Source: Octopus sinensis
Lineage: Eukaryota
Reading direction: 5' to 3'
NCBI RefSeq assembly: GCF_006345805.1
Contig: NC_043011.1
Coordinates: forward strand, 36,592,464 to 36,656,463
Length of the DNA: 64,000 nt
In this document: piece after piece, positions 13,684 through 25,699 of the stretch
Numbering within the stretch: position 1 is the first letter of the stretch
Layout of the letters: each line of letters starts with the position of its first letter
Notes under the pieces: generated by a model
Seen by the model: the letters and a program-made list of their open reading frames with translations, nothing else
The model's database searches: none
What the model was told of the DNA's origin: nothing
Program-made: the position numbers and the translations under genes

Positions 13684-13838
13684 GCATAGGGGCAGTGGCT
13701 GTGGGTAAGTAGCTTGCTTACCAACCACATGGTTCCGGATTCAATCCCGCTGAGTGCAAGTGTCTTCTACTATAGCCTCGGGCCGACCAAAGCCTTGTGA
13801 GTGGATTTGCTAGACGGAAACTGAAAGAAGAAGACGTC

Positions 13839-13900
<62 letters not shown>

Positions 13901-14375
13901 GCTCAAAATAAGCAACAAGAATGACTCCGGTAATTTGGTACGAGCGTTTCGTACCACATCATTTTAATAAAATGATGTAGTACGAAACGATAGTACCAAA
14001 TTACCGGAGTCATTCTTGTTGCTTATTTGATTATAATCACCCCACGGATTTATATGGATAACACCATACAGTATTCTGGTGCATCTAAATTAAGTACCAT
14101 ATTCATTTGAATCTAAATTTTTGCTGAACTTATATTTATATATATGTATATATGTATGTAAATGTATATGTTTGTGTATCTGTGTTTGTTCCCCCACCAT
14201 CGCTTGACAACGGTTGTTGGTGTGGTTAAGTTCCCGTAACCTAGCGGTTCGGCAAAACAGACCGATACATCGAGTACTAGGCTTACAAAGAATACGTTCT
14301 GAGGTCGATTTGTTCGACTAAAGGCGGTGCTCCAGCATGGCCGCAGTCAAATGACTGAAGCAAATAAAAGAATAG
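13684..14375 (+). mobile_element. SINE family B split by an insert in its central (TA)n
   Basis: Head about 13684-13840, tail about 14175-14375; foldback 13906-14028 lies between. Confidence 0.75.
13906..14028. repeat. Near-perfect hairpin, arms of about 60 bp
   Basis: AAATAAGCAACAAGAATGACTCCGGTAATTTGGTAC..ACATCATTTT aat AAAATGATGT..GTACCAAATTACCGGAGTCATTCTTGTTGCTTATTT. Confidence 0.9.
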
Positions 14376-14382
14376 AAGAATA

Positions 14383-14452
<70 letters not shown>

Positions 14453-14499
14453 GTATGATCAATAAGTATTCGGACTGTTGCCATAGTCGTATGGACCAC

Positions 14500-15610
14500 T
14501 GGATTACAGGATTAGAGGCTGAAGAAATCAAGAAACGAATAAATGAAATTGAGACGGAAGAAAGAGAAATAACAGTTGCAGCATGTGGTAAGAGATGGAG
14601 AAGATGACAAAGAAGGGAAATCACTAAGTGTTTGAGATTACTGATGAAGTAAATAGTGAAGATGACCTAATGGGACAAGTGATAGTAACTGCTGCAGAAG
14701 ACTTGAATGACGAAGAGGGGATTCTAGAAACGCTGTGAGGTAAAATATGTGATGGGAACAATTAAGTACCGCCAAATGTAAGAGGGAAAATAAGGAGAGC
14801 CACAATCTGTAAATGACGTTTTGGGCTTGATAGAACAGAAAACAGTGAAACAAAACAGCTGCTGCTAATGCTTGTTTGTTTGTTTGTTTGTTGGGCGAAG
14901 CGGTCTTCGTCCCAGGGTGGGAGAAGTCCGAAACCTGGTCATTTGCTATTCGTAAGACTTGCAGAAGAGAAAGCAGGTCAACCCCCGACACCGAGAGCAT
15001 CGACGGATGGATGAACGTGCATCCAGGCTCAGCGGTTGCGTAGGAAGTCGGGGATAAGAAACAGGAAGAAAGAGTGAGAGAAAGGTGGAGCGAAAGAGTA
15101 CAACAGGGATCATCACCACTCCCTGCCGGAGCCTCGTGGAGCTTTAGGTGTTAGCGCTCAATAAACACGCACAACGCCCGGTCTGGGAATCGAACCCGCG
15201 ATCCTCCGACCACGAGTCCGCTGCCCTAACCATTGGGCAATTGCGCCTCCACTGCTGTTAATGCTTTGACCGACGTAGTGGGATCAAGCGGAAAACTGAA
15301 GAAATGAAAGGGAATCAAAATAAAGAACAAAACTGGAGGAAGAGAATAAGAATGAAGTTGGAAAAGACGCGGAAGGAACCGGGACAATTGAATTGGATAA
15401 TGAGAGGAAAGCTCAAGAATGAGGTAGTAATCATTGAATTGAAAGGATGAATGGACCGTACAGTTTGAAGAAAGGAGAAAGCAAGCAGTACATGAAGAAT
15501 TATCACAAAGGTGTTAGCGTAAAAGACCAGATTGAAGATTTGTGATGCTAGATGTAAAGGTTTTGAACAGAATAGACTCTTCCAATCAAATAGGTGCCGT
15601 TTTGAGGAAA
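14500..15610 (+). pseudogene. Decayed R4/Dong-like ORF (pre-RT region) interrupted by a SINE
   Basis: SVNDVLGLIEQ near 14810; WEKRIRMKLEK and DARCKGFEQNRLFQSNRCRF at 15335-15605 resemble the QNRLFQ.NQ..FY block upstream of R4 RT. Confidence 0.55.
14890..15250 (-). mobile_element. SINE family C head with an alternative 3' tail
   Basis: GGAGGCGCAATTGCCCAATGGTTAGGGCAGCGGACTCGTGGTCGGAGGATCGCGGGTTCGATTCCCAGACCGGGCG, the same head as 8984; diverges after about 120 nt. Confidence 0.8.
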
Positions 15611-15836
15611 TAGTGTGGGACGAATATCAGGAACTGATTCTTGATGCTGAAGAAAGTAAAATTGTTGCTATCCATCTTATTATTCATGTGACAAAGCTTT
15701 AGTTTCTTTGTTAGAAAGCAGATCTTGCTGTCCAAAAAATACAAACAAAAAAAAACTAAGAAACGAAAACTAGAGAAGGTGAAAGTCATACATCCATACA
15801 TACATACATACATACATACATACATACATACATACA

Positions 15837-15867
<31 letters not shown>

Positions 15868-15868
<1 letters not shown>

Positions 15869-16290
15869 GGCGCAGGCGTGGCCGTGTAGTAAGAAGCTTG
15901 CTTCTGGGTTCAGTTCCACTGTATGACACATTGGACAAGTGGCTTCTATCTAGCTTGAGGCCATCCCAAACCTTGTGAGTGGATTTGGTAGAGGGAAACT
16001 TAAAGAAGCCTAATCTATATATGTATGCATCTATATATGTGTGTGTATGTGTGTGTGTATGTGTGTGTGTGTGTGTGTGTTTGTGTTTGTCCCCTGCCAT
16101 CGCTTGAAAACTGGTGCTAGTTTGTTTAAATCCCTGTAAGCTAACGGCTCGACAAAAGAGACCGATATAATAAGCATTATGCTTTAAAACATAAACCGTG
16201 TGGTCGATTCATTCGACTAAAAATTCTTGAAGGCGTTGCTGCAGCATGGCCGCAAGTCTAGTGATTGTAACAAGCGAAAGACAAAAGATA
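15868..16290 (+). mobile_element. SINE family B (full copy)
   Basis: GGCGCAGGCGTGGCCGTGTAGTAAG head, (GT)n linker, CAGCATGGCCGCA tail. Confidence 0.8.
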
Positions 16291-16327
16291 AAAGACATTT
16301 GCTGAAAGAGATTGCGCGCGCGCGACA

Positions 16328-16392
<65 letters not shown>

Positions 16393-16912
16393 TTTGTGAG
16401 AGAATGGTTGCTAGATATATGAATCACATGCAACTGGCAGCCATTTGGCCAAAAATAGGCTCGATCTAAGCCAATTCAGTTACATAAGCACCAGTTGTTA
16501 GAATATAATCATAAAACATGGAATCTTAATACAAATAGATATATTTCGTGTCACTCTGTCTTCGTGTGTATTTATAGTCTACGTGCAAATTATTGTTATT
16601 CCTCCTTCCATTCAAGATATTTGGCATAACGACCCTCCCGAGATACAGCAAAATGTTCCAATCGTTATTGGTTCCCGATTTAAACTGTGAACATTTAGCT
16701 GATTCAAAACTGGCAATGCGGTTAAGACTGCTCTGTTGCTATGGTATTTGCGCATTGATGATGTAACATGCTGATGAAAATATAGGAAAATGGATTCAAG
16801 AATATTACATCATGAGTTCCTTTCACGAGTTACATATTCTTATAATTGACACACACACGTATACATATATTCATTGAAGGATACATACATACATAAATAC
16901 ACGCACACCAGA

Positions 16913-16954
<42 letters not shown>

Positions 16955-16989
16955 ATATTATATATACACACACACAGTATATGTAGATA

Positions 16990-17540
16990 TTAGGTTATCC
17001 GCAAAGTTCGTGCCGACTTTTAAAGGAAAGAAAAAGTCAATGAATACTTGCCATTACATTTTTAATCAACCAAATATGAACCATTTTGTTGCACAATACA
17101 TCTCCATCTTTCCTTTAACTTGAAAATACCCTCTTCACAGAATTGAGGTGGTTTAATGGCAAAGAATTCATCAAGGTATCTTTTTACGTCATCCAAGGAA
17201 TTGAAACTTTTACCATTACGACTATTCTGCAGAGACCCGAATAAGTAGAAATCCGAAGGAGCAATATCTGGTGAATATGGAGGGTGTGGTAACACCTCCC
17301 AGCCGAGCTGCAGCAATTTTTGTCTAGTTCCCAAAGCATCAAGTGCCGAGCATGAACTTTCTTATCTTCTATTTTAAAGGGTTACAGAATTAACACAGGT
17401 TATAGGAACATAAACCTTCTTCCACGAAGATAGCTTAAACTGTGCTCTAAATGGAGGTGTAGTCAAATCCTATTTTATGATCTAAAATAAGTCGAAATGT
17501 AAGCTTCTATAAATCGGTACGAACTTTCCGGAAAACTCAA
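16990..17540 (-). mobile_element. Mariner internal-deletion derivative, second copy
   Basis: Same TIRs (AAAGTTCGTGCCGA), TA flanks; ORF 17062-17334 WEVLPHPPYSPDIAPSDFYLF..LKERWRCIVQQNGSY. Confidence 0.95.
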
Positions 17541-17549
17541 TACTACTTG

Positions 17550-17903
17550 GAGGCAAGAATATCAATTGGCTACGAAACAAAGAGCCGTAGAGAGATCCCA
17601 GTGCGAGAACATATCCCAAAGGCGTAAATTCGAGGACGGAGCTGATTGAACTATTTGATCGCAGAATGTCTGCTGGGCCAGACATGTCGCAAGGTTCACT
17701 GAGAACTGGTTGACTCGTTCAGTTGTCGGCTGGTATCCAAACGATCGCGAAAGGCCACTCGGAAGGCCTCCACGCAGATTAAAAGACGATTTAGTTAAAC
17801 AATTTGGGCCAAGATGAAAAAGAGTGACGCAATCACGAAAGAACTGGAGGCATCTTGTGACCAGGGATGTATAACATCATCTGAAAGTTTGGTCGACATA
17901 CTG

Positions 17904-17905
<2 letters not shown>
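17550..17905 (+). mobile_element. RTE-clade LINE 3' fragment
   Basis: WARHVARFTENWLTRSVVGWYPNDRERPLGRPPRRLKDDL, matching the RTE C-terminal W.GHV.R..W...KRP.GRP..RW.DD block. Confidence 0.8.
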
Positions 17906-17946
<41 letters not shown>

Positions 17947-18143
17947 GATAGTACATACATACTTATCAGTCTTTATTTCTTACAGAATGTGAATGTATTC
18001 TAAGAACACCGTAATACCGTAGTAATCGTCTCGAGAAAGCATCAGGTATAGTCGCTTAGTACTTAAAGGCACAGAAAATCAGCGGCATACAACTAGACGT
18101 ACTAATACTGCTTTCGCCGCTACTATGTATTATTTAATATATG

Positions 18144-18179
<36 letters not shown>

Positions 18180-18182
<3 letters not shown>

Positions 18183-18539
18183 ATGGTTCCGGGTTCAGTC
18201 CTACTGCGTGGCATCTTGGGCAAGTGTCTTCTACTATAGCCTCGGGCTGACCAAAGCCTTGTGAGTGGATTTGGTAGACGGAAACTGAAAGAAGCCCGTC
18301 GTATATATGTATATATGTGTGAGTGTATATTTGTGTGTCTGTGTTTGTCCCCCTAGCATTGCTTGACAACCGATGCTGGTGTGTTTACGTCGCCGTCACT
18401 TAGCGATTCAGCAAAAGAGACCGATAGAATAAGTACTGGGCTTACAAAGAATAAATCCCGGGGTCGATTTGTTCGAATAAAGTCGGTGCTCCAGCATGGC
18501 CGCAGTCAAATGGACTGAAACAAGTAAAAGAGTAAAATA

Positions 18540-18540
<1 letters not shown>
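18180..18540 (+). mobile_element. SINE family B (5'-truncated)
   Basis: Starts at CACATGGTTCCGGGTTCAGTCC; complete tail with AAGAGTAAAA end. Confidence 0.85.
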
Positions 18541-18576
<36 letters not shown>

Positions 18577-18649
18577 TATTTTTAAGTTCTCTAATCAACG
18601 GCCGCATTCGTCCTATGTTTCTGGACTGCTACGTTAGTTTGGCGATAAC

Positions 18650-18731
<82 letters not shown>

Positions 18732-18770
18732 GATATATATATATATATATTATATATATATATAATATAT

Positions 18771-18819
<49 letters not shown>

Positions 18820-19080
18820 ATATATATATATATGTATATATATGTATCTATCTATGTATATGTAAGCCTTGCAATATTCGTCCCTTTACGTTCCAAGTTG
18901 AAATTTTGTCGAGGTCAACTTTGTCTTGGTCTTTTCGGCCGGGATTAATAAGCACCGGTTGAGTACTGGGTTTAATGGTGTCGACTTGCTCCATCCTCCG
19001 AAATTGCTGGTCTTGTGCTATAATTTGAAACCAATATACATATATAAATCAATATATATTATATAAGCCTATATATATAT

Positions 19081-19117
<37 letters not shown>

Positions 19118-19129
19118 GATATATATATA

Positions 19130-19162
<33 letters not shown>

Positions 19163-19291
19163 AGTAGTTGAATGAATTATCTTAGTATCGGGTAGCAATT
19201 CACGTCAGAAAAACACGGTTGAAGCTACATGCCAAGGGCAGAGATCACGTGCTTCGTGTGGAAATGTGTGTTTTTTTAATACAAATAAATG

Positions 19292-19508
19292 AAAGAATGG
19301 AGTTGAACGACGATTTAACAAAATTCCTTTATTCTCGACATATGTTTCGAAGGCTGCATATTCCTAATTTCGAAGGAATAAGGGGTGCATTATGCCGCCT
19401 TCTCATCAGGAAAAACAAGGAACAAGTTCGAAATAGGAATATGCAGCCTTCGAAACATATGTCGAGAATAAAGGAAATTTGTTAAATCGTCGTTCAACTC
19501 CATTCTTT
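19292..19508. repeat. Foldback element, arms of about 80 bp, carrying a hammerhead motif
   Basis: 19292-19374 is an almost exact reverse complement of 19427-19508. Confidence 0.9.
19332..19414 (-). ncRNA. Type I hammerhead ribozyme motif, canonical core
   Basis: Minus strand: UUUUC-CUGAUGA-GAAGGC..GCCUUC-GAAA-CAUAUG-UC|GAGAA; palindromic stem III, GUC site. Confidence 0.75.
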
Positions 19509-19509
19509 C

Positions 19510-19570
<61 letters not shown>

Positions 19571-20010
19571 GTATGTATATATATATATGAGTGTGTGTGA
19601 TGTGTATATATATATATTTATAAGCCGAGGTGTGTACTGTGAAATAACTAACAAGGGAGCACTACCAATAAAAGCACGAACAGGATATTGTTAGCTTCAG
19701 TTTCAATTTATTGTTAATTAATTTCTCGTAAAAATTTCGTCAGAAGCCTGTGATATGTTTAATAGCTGGAATGTCGCAGCAGAGTGATAAAAGTATTGCG
19801 ACAAATTAATTGAGAATAAAATGGAAATCGAAGTAAACTTTAAAAAAACAGCATGTGTGTCAATTAGGACGATGACCTTCACAAAATGCACTGTCATATC
19901 TTGTCGTAAGGTACATTTCTACAAAACATATTTTCGCTTCCATTCTTTCATTCCACGCTCTTTGAATTCTTTGTAACAAGGAAACTCACGAGAATAGACG
20001 CGCGCACACA

Positions 20011-20041
<31 letters not shown>

Positions 20042-20083
20042 TATACATATTATATGTATATATACATATTGACTATATATATG

Positions 20084-20136
<53 letters not shown>

Positions 20137-20334
20137 CATACCTATAGCTGTGCATCTGTGCATGGATACATTTGTGAGCGCATGTGAGTGTGTTTGAGTT
20201 TTTAATGTCTATGTTCCCTGCTGTAATACTTTTTAATAATGTTTTTTTTATGTTGTTAGATTGATTGTTCCTAATTGGCTTTCTCACCTGAGGGGGTACT
20301 GTGAATATCATCATCATCATCATCATCATCATTA

Positions 20335-20415
<81 letters not shown>

Positions 20416-21121
20416 TATAGTATTCAAATATGACATATTGCCATAGTTACCAATCTGCTTTGAATTATGAATTTACTAGACGGAGTTTGTATCCTGTTAA
20501 TCTCAGATTCGTATAGTTATCCAATAAATACTCTACAGCAATTTAGATGTCTTTTTTTTTTTTTTAAAGCAGTGTCTTATGAATATAAATTGAACTTAAT
20601 ATTTAAGTTTCACCATAAATTTTACTTTAGCAGTTTAAAAAAAGTGTTGCCAATGCTGATAACGAGTAAAATCTAGAAAAATATAATAAAAGAATTAAAA
20701 AGAAAATTATATCCCGATATTGTGTTTTGATAAAGCAATACTGTGTAAACAACGTTGGTAAGATATATTTTATACCATAAGAAGTGGAAAGCAAACAGTT
20801 TGAATAATAGTATTTAGTCCAAAATACTATCGACTCAGAAAAAATGTAGAAGAGTAAATATAGACACAAAAGCTTAGACAATTTAAGAAAAAAATCTTTT
20901 TATTACATTTAAATTTTTTTATGAGCTTTTCTATGGATTTCTTTATGTTTTTCTTTATCTATATTTGCTGTAACACAGCCGAAATCAGTTTTATATAAGA
21001 AGAGAGTGGACAGTGATAGGAACTTAATATTTGGAGACTGCGACAATCTGAAGTAACAAGAGTGACCGTGCTTGAATATGGGAGGAGAGGTGGCGGTTTC
21101 AAGGTTTTAGAATAGAAAAGC

Positions 21122-22815
21122 AGCGAGCTGGCAGAATCGTTAGCACGCCGGGCGAAATGCGTAGCCGTATTTCGTCTGCCGCTACGTTCTGATTTTAAAT
21201 TCCGCCGAGGTCGACTTTGCCTTTCATCATTTCGGGGTCGATGAATTAAGTACCAGTTATGCACTGGGGTCGATATAATCGACTTAATCCGTCTGTCTGT
21301 CCTTGTTTGTCCTCTCTGTGTTTAGCCCCTTGTGGGTAGTAAAGAAATAGTAAACAGGTATTTCGTCTGTTTTTACATTCTGAGTTCAAATTCCGCCGAG
21401 GTCGACTTTGCCTTTTATCGTTTCGAGGTTGATAAATTAAATACCCGTCGCGTACTGGGGTCGATCTCATTGACTGCCCCCCTCCCCAAAAGTTCAAGCC
21501 TTGTGCCTAGAGTAGAAGAGGATTTTAGATTAGAATTTGTGGATGCCGCGAGGAAATTTTAGCTTTAAAATTTATTTTTCGCATTCACATTTTTTAATTT
21601 TTAGTATTTGGTAAATTTTTTTTTCTTAAAACACAGCTCGCAAAATAACTGATATTTGAAATAGAGTTAGATGAACTGGTAGAATCGTCAGAGCGTCAGA
21701 GAAAATACTTCAGTCTCTTTCTGAGTTCAAATCCTGGGGAAGTAAATTCTGTCTTTCATCCCTTTGGGATCGATAAAAGAAAGTATTAGTCAAATACTGG
21801 GGTCGATATAATCAACTTTGCAATGGATGAGCGTTGCTTTCAGAGGAACGTTGCGAACTCGGACACTGAAGCCGGCGAGCTGGCAGAAACTTTAGCACGC
21901 CGGGCGAATTGCTTAGCGGTATTTCTGAGTTCAAATTCCGCCGAGGTCGACTTTGCCTTTCATCCTTTCGGAGTCGATAAATTAAGTACCAGTTACGCAC
22001 TGGGGTCGATGTAATCGACTTAATCCCTTCGTCTGTCCTTGTTTGTCCCCTCTATGTTAGCCCCTTGTGGGTAGTAAAGAAATAGTAAACAGGTATTTCG
22101 TCTGTTTTTACATTCTGAGTTCAAATTCCGCCGAGGTCGACTTTGCCTTTTATCGTTTCGAGGTTGATAAATTAAATACCCGTCGCGTACTGGGGTCGAT
22201 CTCATTGACTGCCCCCCTCCCCAAAAGTTCAAGCCTTGTGCCTAGGGTAGAAGAGGATTTTAGATTAGAATTTGTGGATGCCGCGAGGAAATTTTAGCTT
22301 TAAAATTTATTTTTCGCATTCACATTTTTTAATTTTTAGTATTTGGTAAATTTTTTTTTCTTAAAACACAGCTCGCAAAATAACTGATATTTGAAATAGA
22401 GTTAGATGAACTGGTAGAATCGTCAGAGCGTCAGAGAAAATACTTCAGTCTCTTTCTGAGTTCAAATCCTGGGGAAGTAAATTCTGTCTTTCATCCCTTT
22501 GGGATCGATAAAAGAAAGTATTAGTCAAATACTGGGGTCGATATAATCAACTTTGCAATGGATGAGCGTTGCTTTCAGAGGAACGTTGCGAACTCGGACA
22601 CTGAAGCCGGCGAGCTGGCAGAAACTTTAGCACGCCGGGCGAATTGCTTAGCGGTATTTCTGAGTTCAAATTCCGCCGAGGTCGACTTTGCCTTTCATCC
22701 TTTCGGAGTCGATAAATTAAGTACCAGTTACGCACTGGGGTCGATGTAATCGACTTAATCCCTTCGTCTGTCCTTGTTTGTCCCCTCTATGTTTAGCCCC
22801 TTGTGGGCAATAAAT
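21122..22815 (+). mobile_element. SINE family A cluster (Deu/Nin-like core) containing a 735 bp tandem duplication
   Basis: Head GGCGAGCTGGCAGAA..GAGTTCAAATTCC; core GCCTTTCATCCTTTCGGGGTCGATAAATTAAGTACCAG resembles the Deu/Nin SINE domain; identical ORFs offset by 735 bp. Confidence 0.85.
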
Positions 22816-23144
22816 AAATAAGAAACTGAGAAGCCGTCCATTTAAATCTCAGAGCTCAAGACGTATTTAAGAAAAAAACATGTTTAAATTAACACAAGAT
22901 AATGTTAATATAAACAAGATCATTCGTTTCATGGGGAAGGTGAACTGGCAAAGTGAGATAATGCAGAATAGAAAAGAGTTAAGGAACATTACTCCTGATA
23001 ATAACTCGATATGTAAGAATTTACAAGCAGGAAGTATGGGCACTGTGGGCCGCACATTGTTGCTTAACGGACAACATACATGCTATAATGACTCGATAAA
23101 AGCTAGATATTGTTGCACAAATGCACATTCTTATAGTCCTTTCT

Positions 23145-23722
23145 GCAATAGGCACAGGGCCTGAAATTTGTGCGGAAGGGGATAGTCGATTGCATCAACC
23201 TCAGTAGTCAACTGGTATTTGTTTTATCGACACCGATAGGATAAAAGGCAAAGTCGACCTCGGCGGAATTTGTACTCAGAATATGAAGACGGATGAAATA
23301 CCGATTTCTGTTTCTTTACTACCCACAAGGGGCTAAACACGGAGGAGACAAACAAGGACAGACAAATATATTAAGTCGATTACATCGACCCCAGTGCGTA
23401 ACTGGTACTTAATTTATCGACCCCGAAAGGATGAAAGGCAAAATCGACCTCGGCGGAATTTGAACTCAGAACGTAGCAGCAGACAAAATACCTGTTTTTT
23501 TATTACCCACAAGGGGCTAAACACAGAGGGGACAAACAAGGACAGACATAGGTATTAAGTCGATTACATCGACCCCAGTGCGTAACTGGTACTTAGTTTA
23601 TCGACCTCGAAAGGATGAAAAGCAAAGTCGACATCGGCGGAATTTGAACTCAGAACGTAGCAGCAGACAAAATACCGCTAAGCATTTCGCCCGGCGTGCT
23701 AATGATTCTGCCAGCTCGCCTT
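23145..23722 (-). mobile_element. SINE family A tandem array (about 3 units)
   Basis: AAAGTCGAC(C/A)TCGGCGGAATTTG core (or a close variant) at about 23250, 23440 and 23625. Confidence 0.85.
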
Positions 23723-23759
23723 CTTGCATATACTCATGATGAAGCCATAGCATTATGAG

Positions 23760-23915
23760 GAAACTGCATAAAGAGAGGCGGGGACTGCATAAAGAGAGGA
23801 GGAGCCTGCATAAAGAGAAGAGGAGACTGAAGAAAGAGAGAAGGAGACTGTATAAAAAGAGAAGAATACTGCTTAAAGAGAGGAGGAGACTGTATATAGA
23901 GAGTAGGATACAGCA
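23760..23915. repeat. Degenerate 21 bp minisatellite
   Basis: Unit about AAAGAGAGGAGGAGACTGCAT, about 7 copies. Confidence 0.85.
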
Positions 23916-24029
23916 TTAAGGGAAGAGGAGATATCGTCTCCAAACTCCTGCGGCTGTTGCTTGAAATCACATTCAGTGTCCTCAATGCAATAGGATCTGC
24001 TTATCTCTTATCTCGTATCTAAGCATGTG

Positions 24030-24132
24030 TACAACGTGGAATGAAAGTGTCTGGCTCAAAGAGATACAACGCGGCACCAGGTATCGAAATCGCCACCCTA
24101 CGATCGTGAGCCGAATAACCTATCCGCTGAGT

Positions 24133-24135
<3 letters not shown>
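24030..24135 (-). mobile_element. Degenerate tRNA-headed SINE fragment (family D-like)
   Basis: CTCACGATC loop, ATTTCGATACC B-box-like, TGTATCTCTTTGAGCCAGACACTT body; a similar head at about 40095-40240. Confidence 0.5.
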
Positions 24136-24181
<46 letters not shown>

Positions 24182-24301
24182 ACACATATATATATATACA
24201 TAATTAATTTAAAAAAAAACGGAGGAAAAAGACATGAAGAAAAATCAGAACGGGAACGTGAAACTCGAGTAACAGTTTTTGTTATATTTCTGCTGCTTTT
24301 A

Positions 24302-24345
<44 letters not shown>

Positions 24346-24624
24346 TGATGATGATATATATATATATACAAAGTAAGAAAATGGAGAAACACATCTTAAT
24401 CAATGATCAACTACCAGATAATACCCAATCACATAATTTATTAAACCACTACATATGAACATTCGGGTCAAACATAATAATATTGAACAAAACAATGTAC
24501 ATGAAAGAGTAATATGATACAATAAGTACAGTATGTATAATTGAATATAAATAAATACAAATATAAATATAACTATACGGTGCATCAGCATGGCCGCAGC
24601 TCTGAACTGAAACTAGGAACAAAA

Positions 24625-24686
<62 letters not shown>

Positions 24687-25079
24687 TATAAATATGCGTG
24701 TGTGTGTGTGTTTGTGTGTGTAAATGTATCTGCGTATTTCTATAGAGATGAACACTAAATTTAAAAACGTGGAAATTGCTTAACTTGGAGAAAACTTCAA
24801 TTCTTCAATTCTTCAATTATAAATCGCAAAAGTTGCTATGAATAGCAATAGCATTTCTTGGAGAAATGCTTTTCTCTGAGAGTTCTTATATATAAGTCAA
24901 AGTCTGATTTCTTTAGCTGTCATTTGCGGAATATGAAAAAAGTTGTGTGCTAGGCTTGGTAAGTGGAAATATTGCTTTCAAACGATACTGTGGTTACAGA
25001 AACGGTCGTTTGATTGTTGTAAAATTATCAGTTGCCAATTTTAGATTATTGCATCTTCTAGCCTTAGCGACCATTATTG

Positions 25080-25246
25080 ATTTCTGCATATGATTACACA
25101 TCAGCATCGTCGTCGTCCTTGTCACTGTCGTTATCGTCGTCGTCGACGGCGGCGGCGGCGCTTTTATTCTCGTTTTCACTCTCGTTGGTGTTGGTTCCCT
25201 CGTTGTTGTCGTCGTCGTCTCATCATATCCAACACCGTCATCATCG

Positions 25247-25299
<53 letters not shown>

Positions 25300-25468
25300 G
25301 TCATCATCATCATCACGATCATCATGATCATGATGATCATCATGATGATGATCATCATGATGATGATCATCATCATCATCAACGCCATCGTCATCATCAT
25401 CGCCATGGATATTGTTTTCATTCTCGTTAGCGTCGATGCCCTCGTCGTCGTCGTCATCGTCGTCGTCG

Positions 25469-25501
<33 letters not shown>

Positions 25502-25657
25502 CCGCCATCGTCATCATCATCACCATGGATATCGCTTTCATTCTCGTTAGTGTCGATGCCCTCGTCGTAGTCGTCGTCATCATCATCATCATCATCATCG
25601 CCATCGTCATCATCGCCATGGATATTGTTTTCATTCTCGTTAGCGTCAATGCCCTCG

Positions 25658-25699
<42 letters not shown>

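Noticed and set aside
14447-14490. Mariner-like TIR fragment TATGAGGTATGATCAATAAGTATTCGGACTG
   Set aside because: No matching second TIR or transposase nearby; too short to call an element.
16610-16725. Open frame after an acceptor-like site (IFGITTLPRYSKMF..)
   Set aside because: Weak donor and no recognisable homology.
16770-16795. CTGATGA followed by GAAA
   Set aside because: Intervening sequence cannot form stem II; chance match, as are the CTGATGA hits in (GAT)n tracts and R4 coding remnants.
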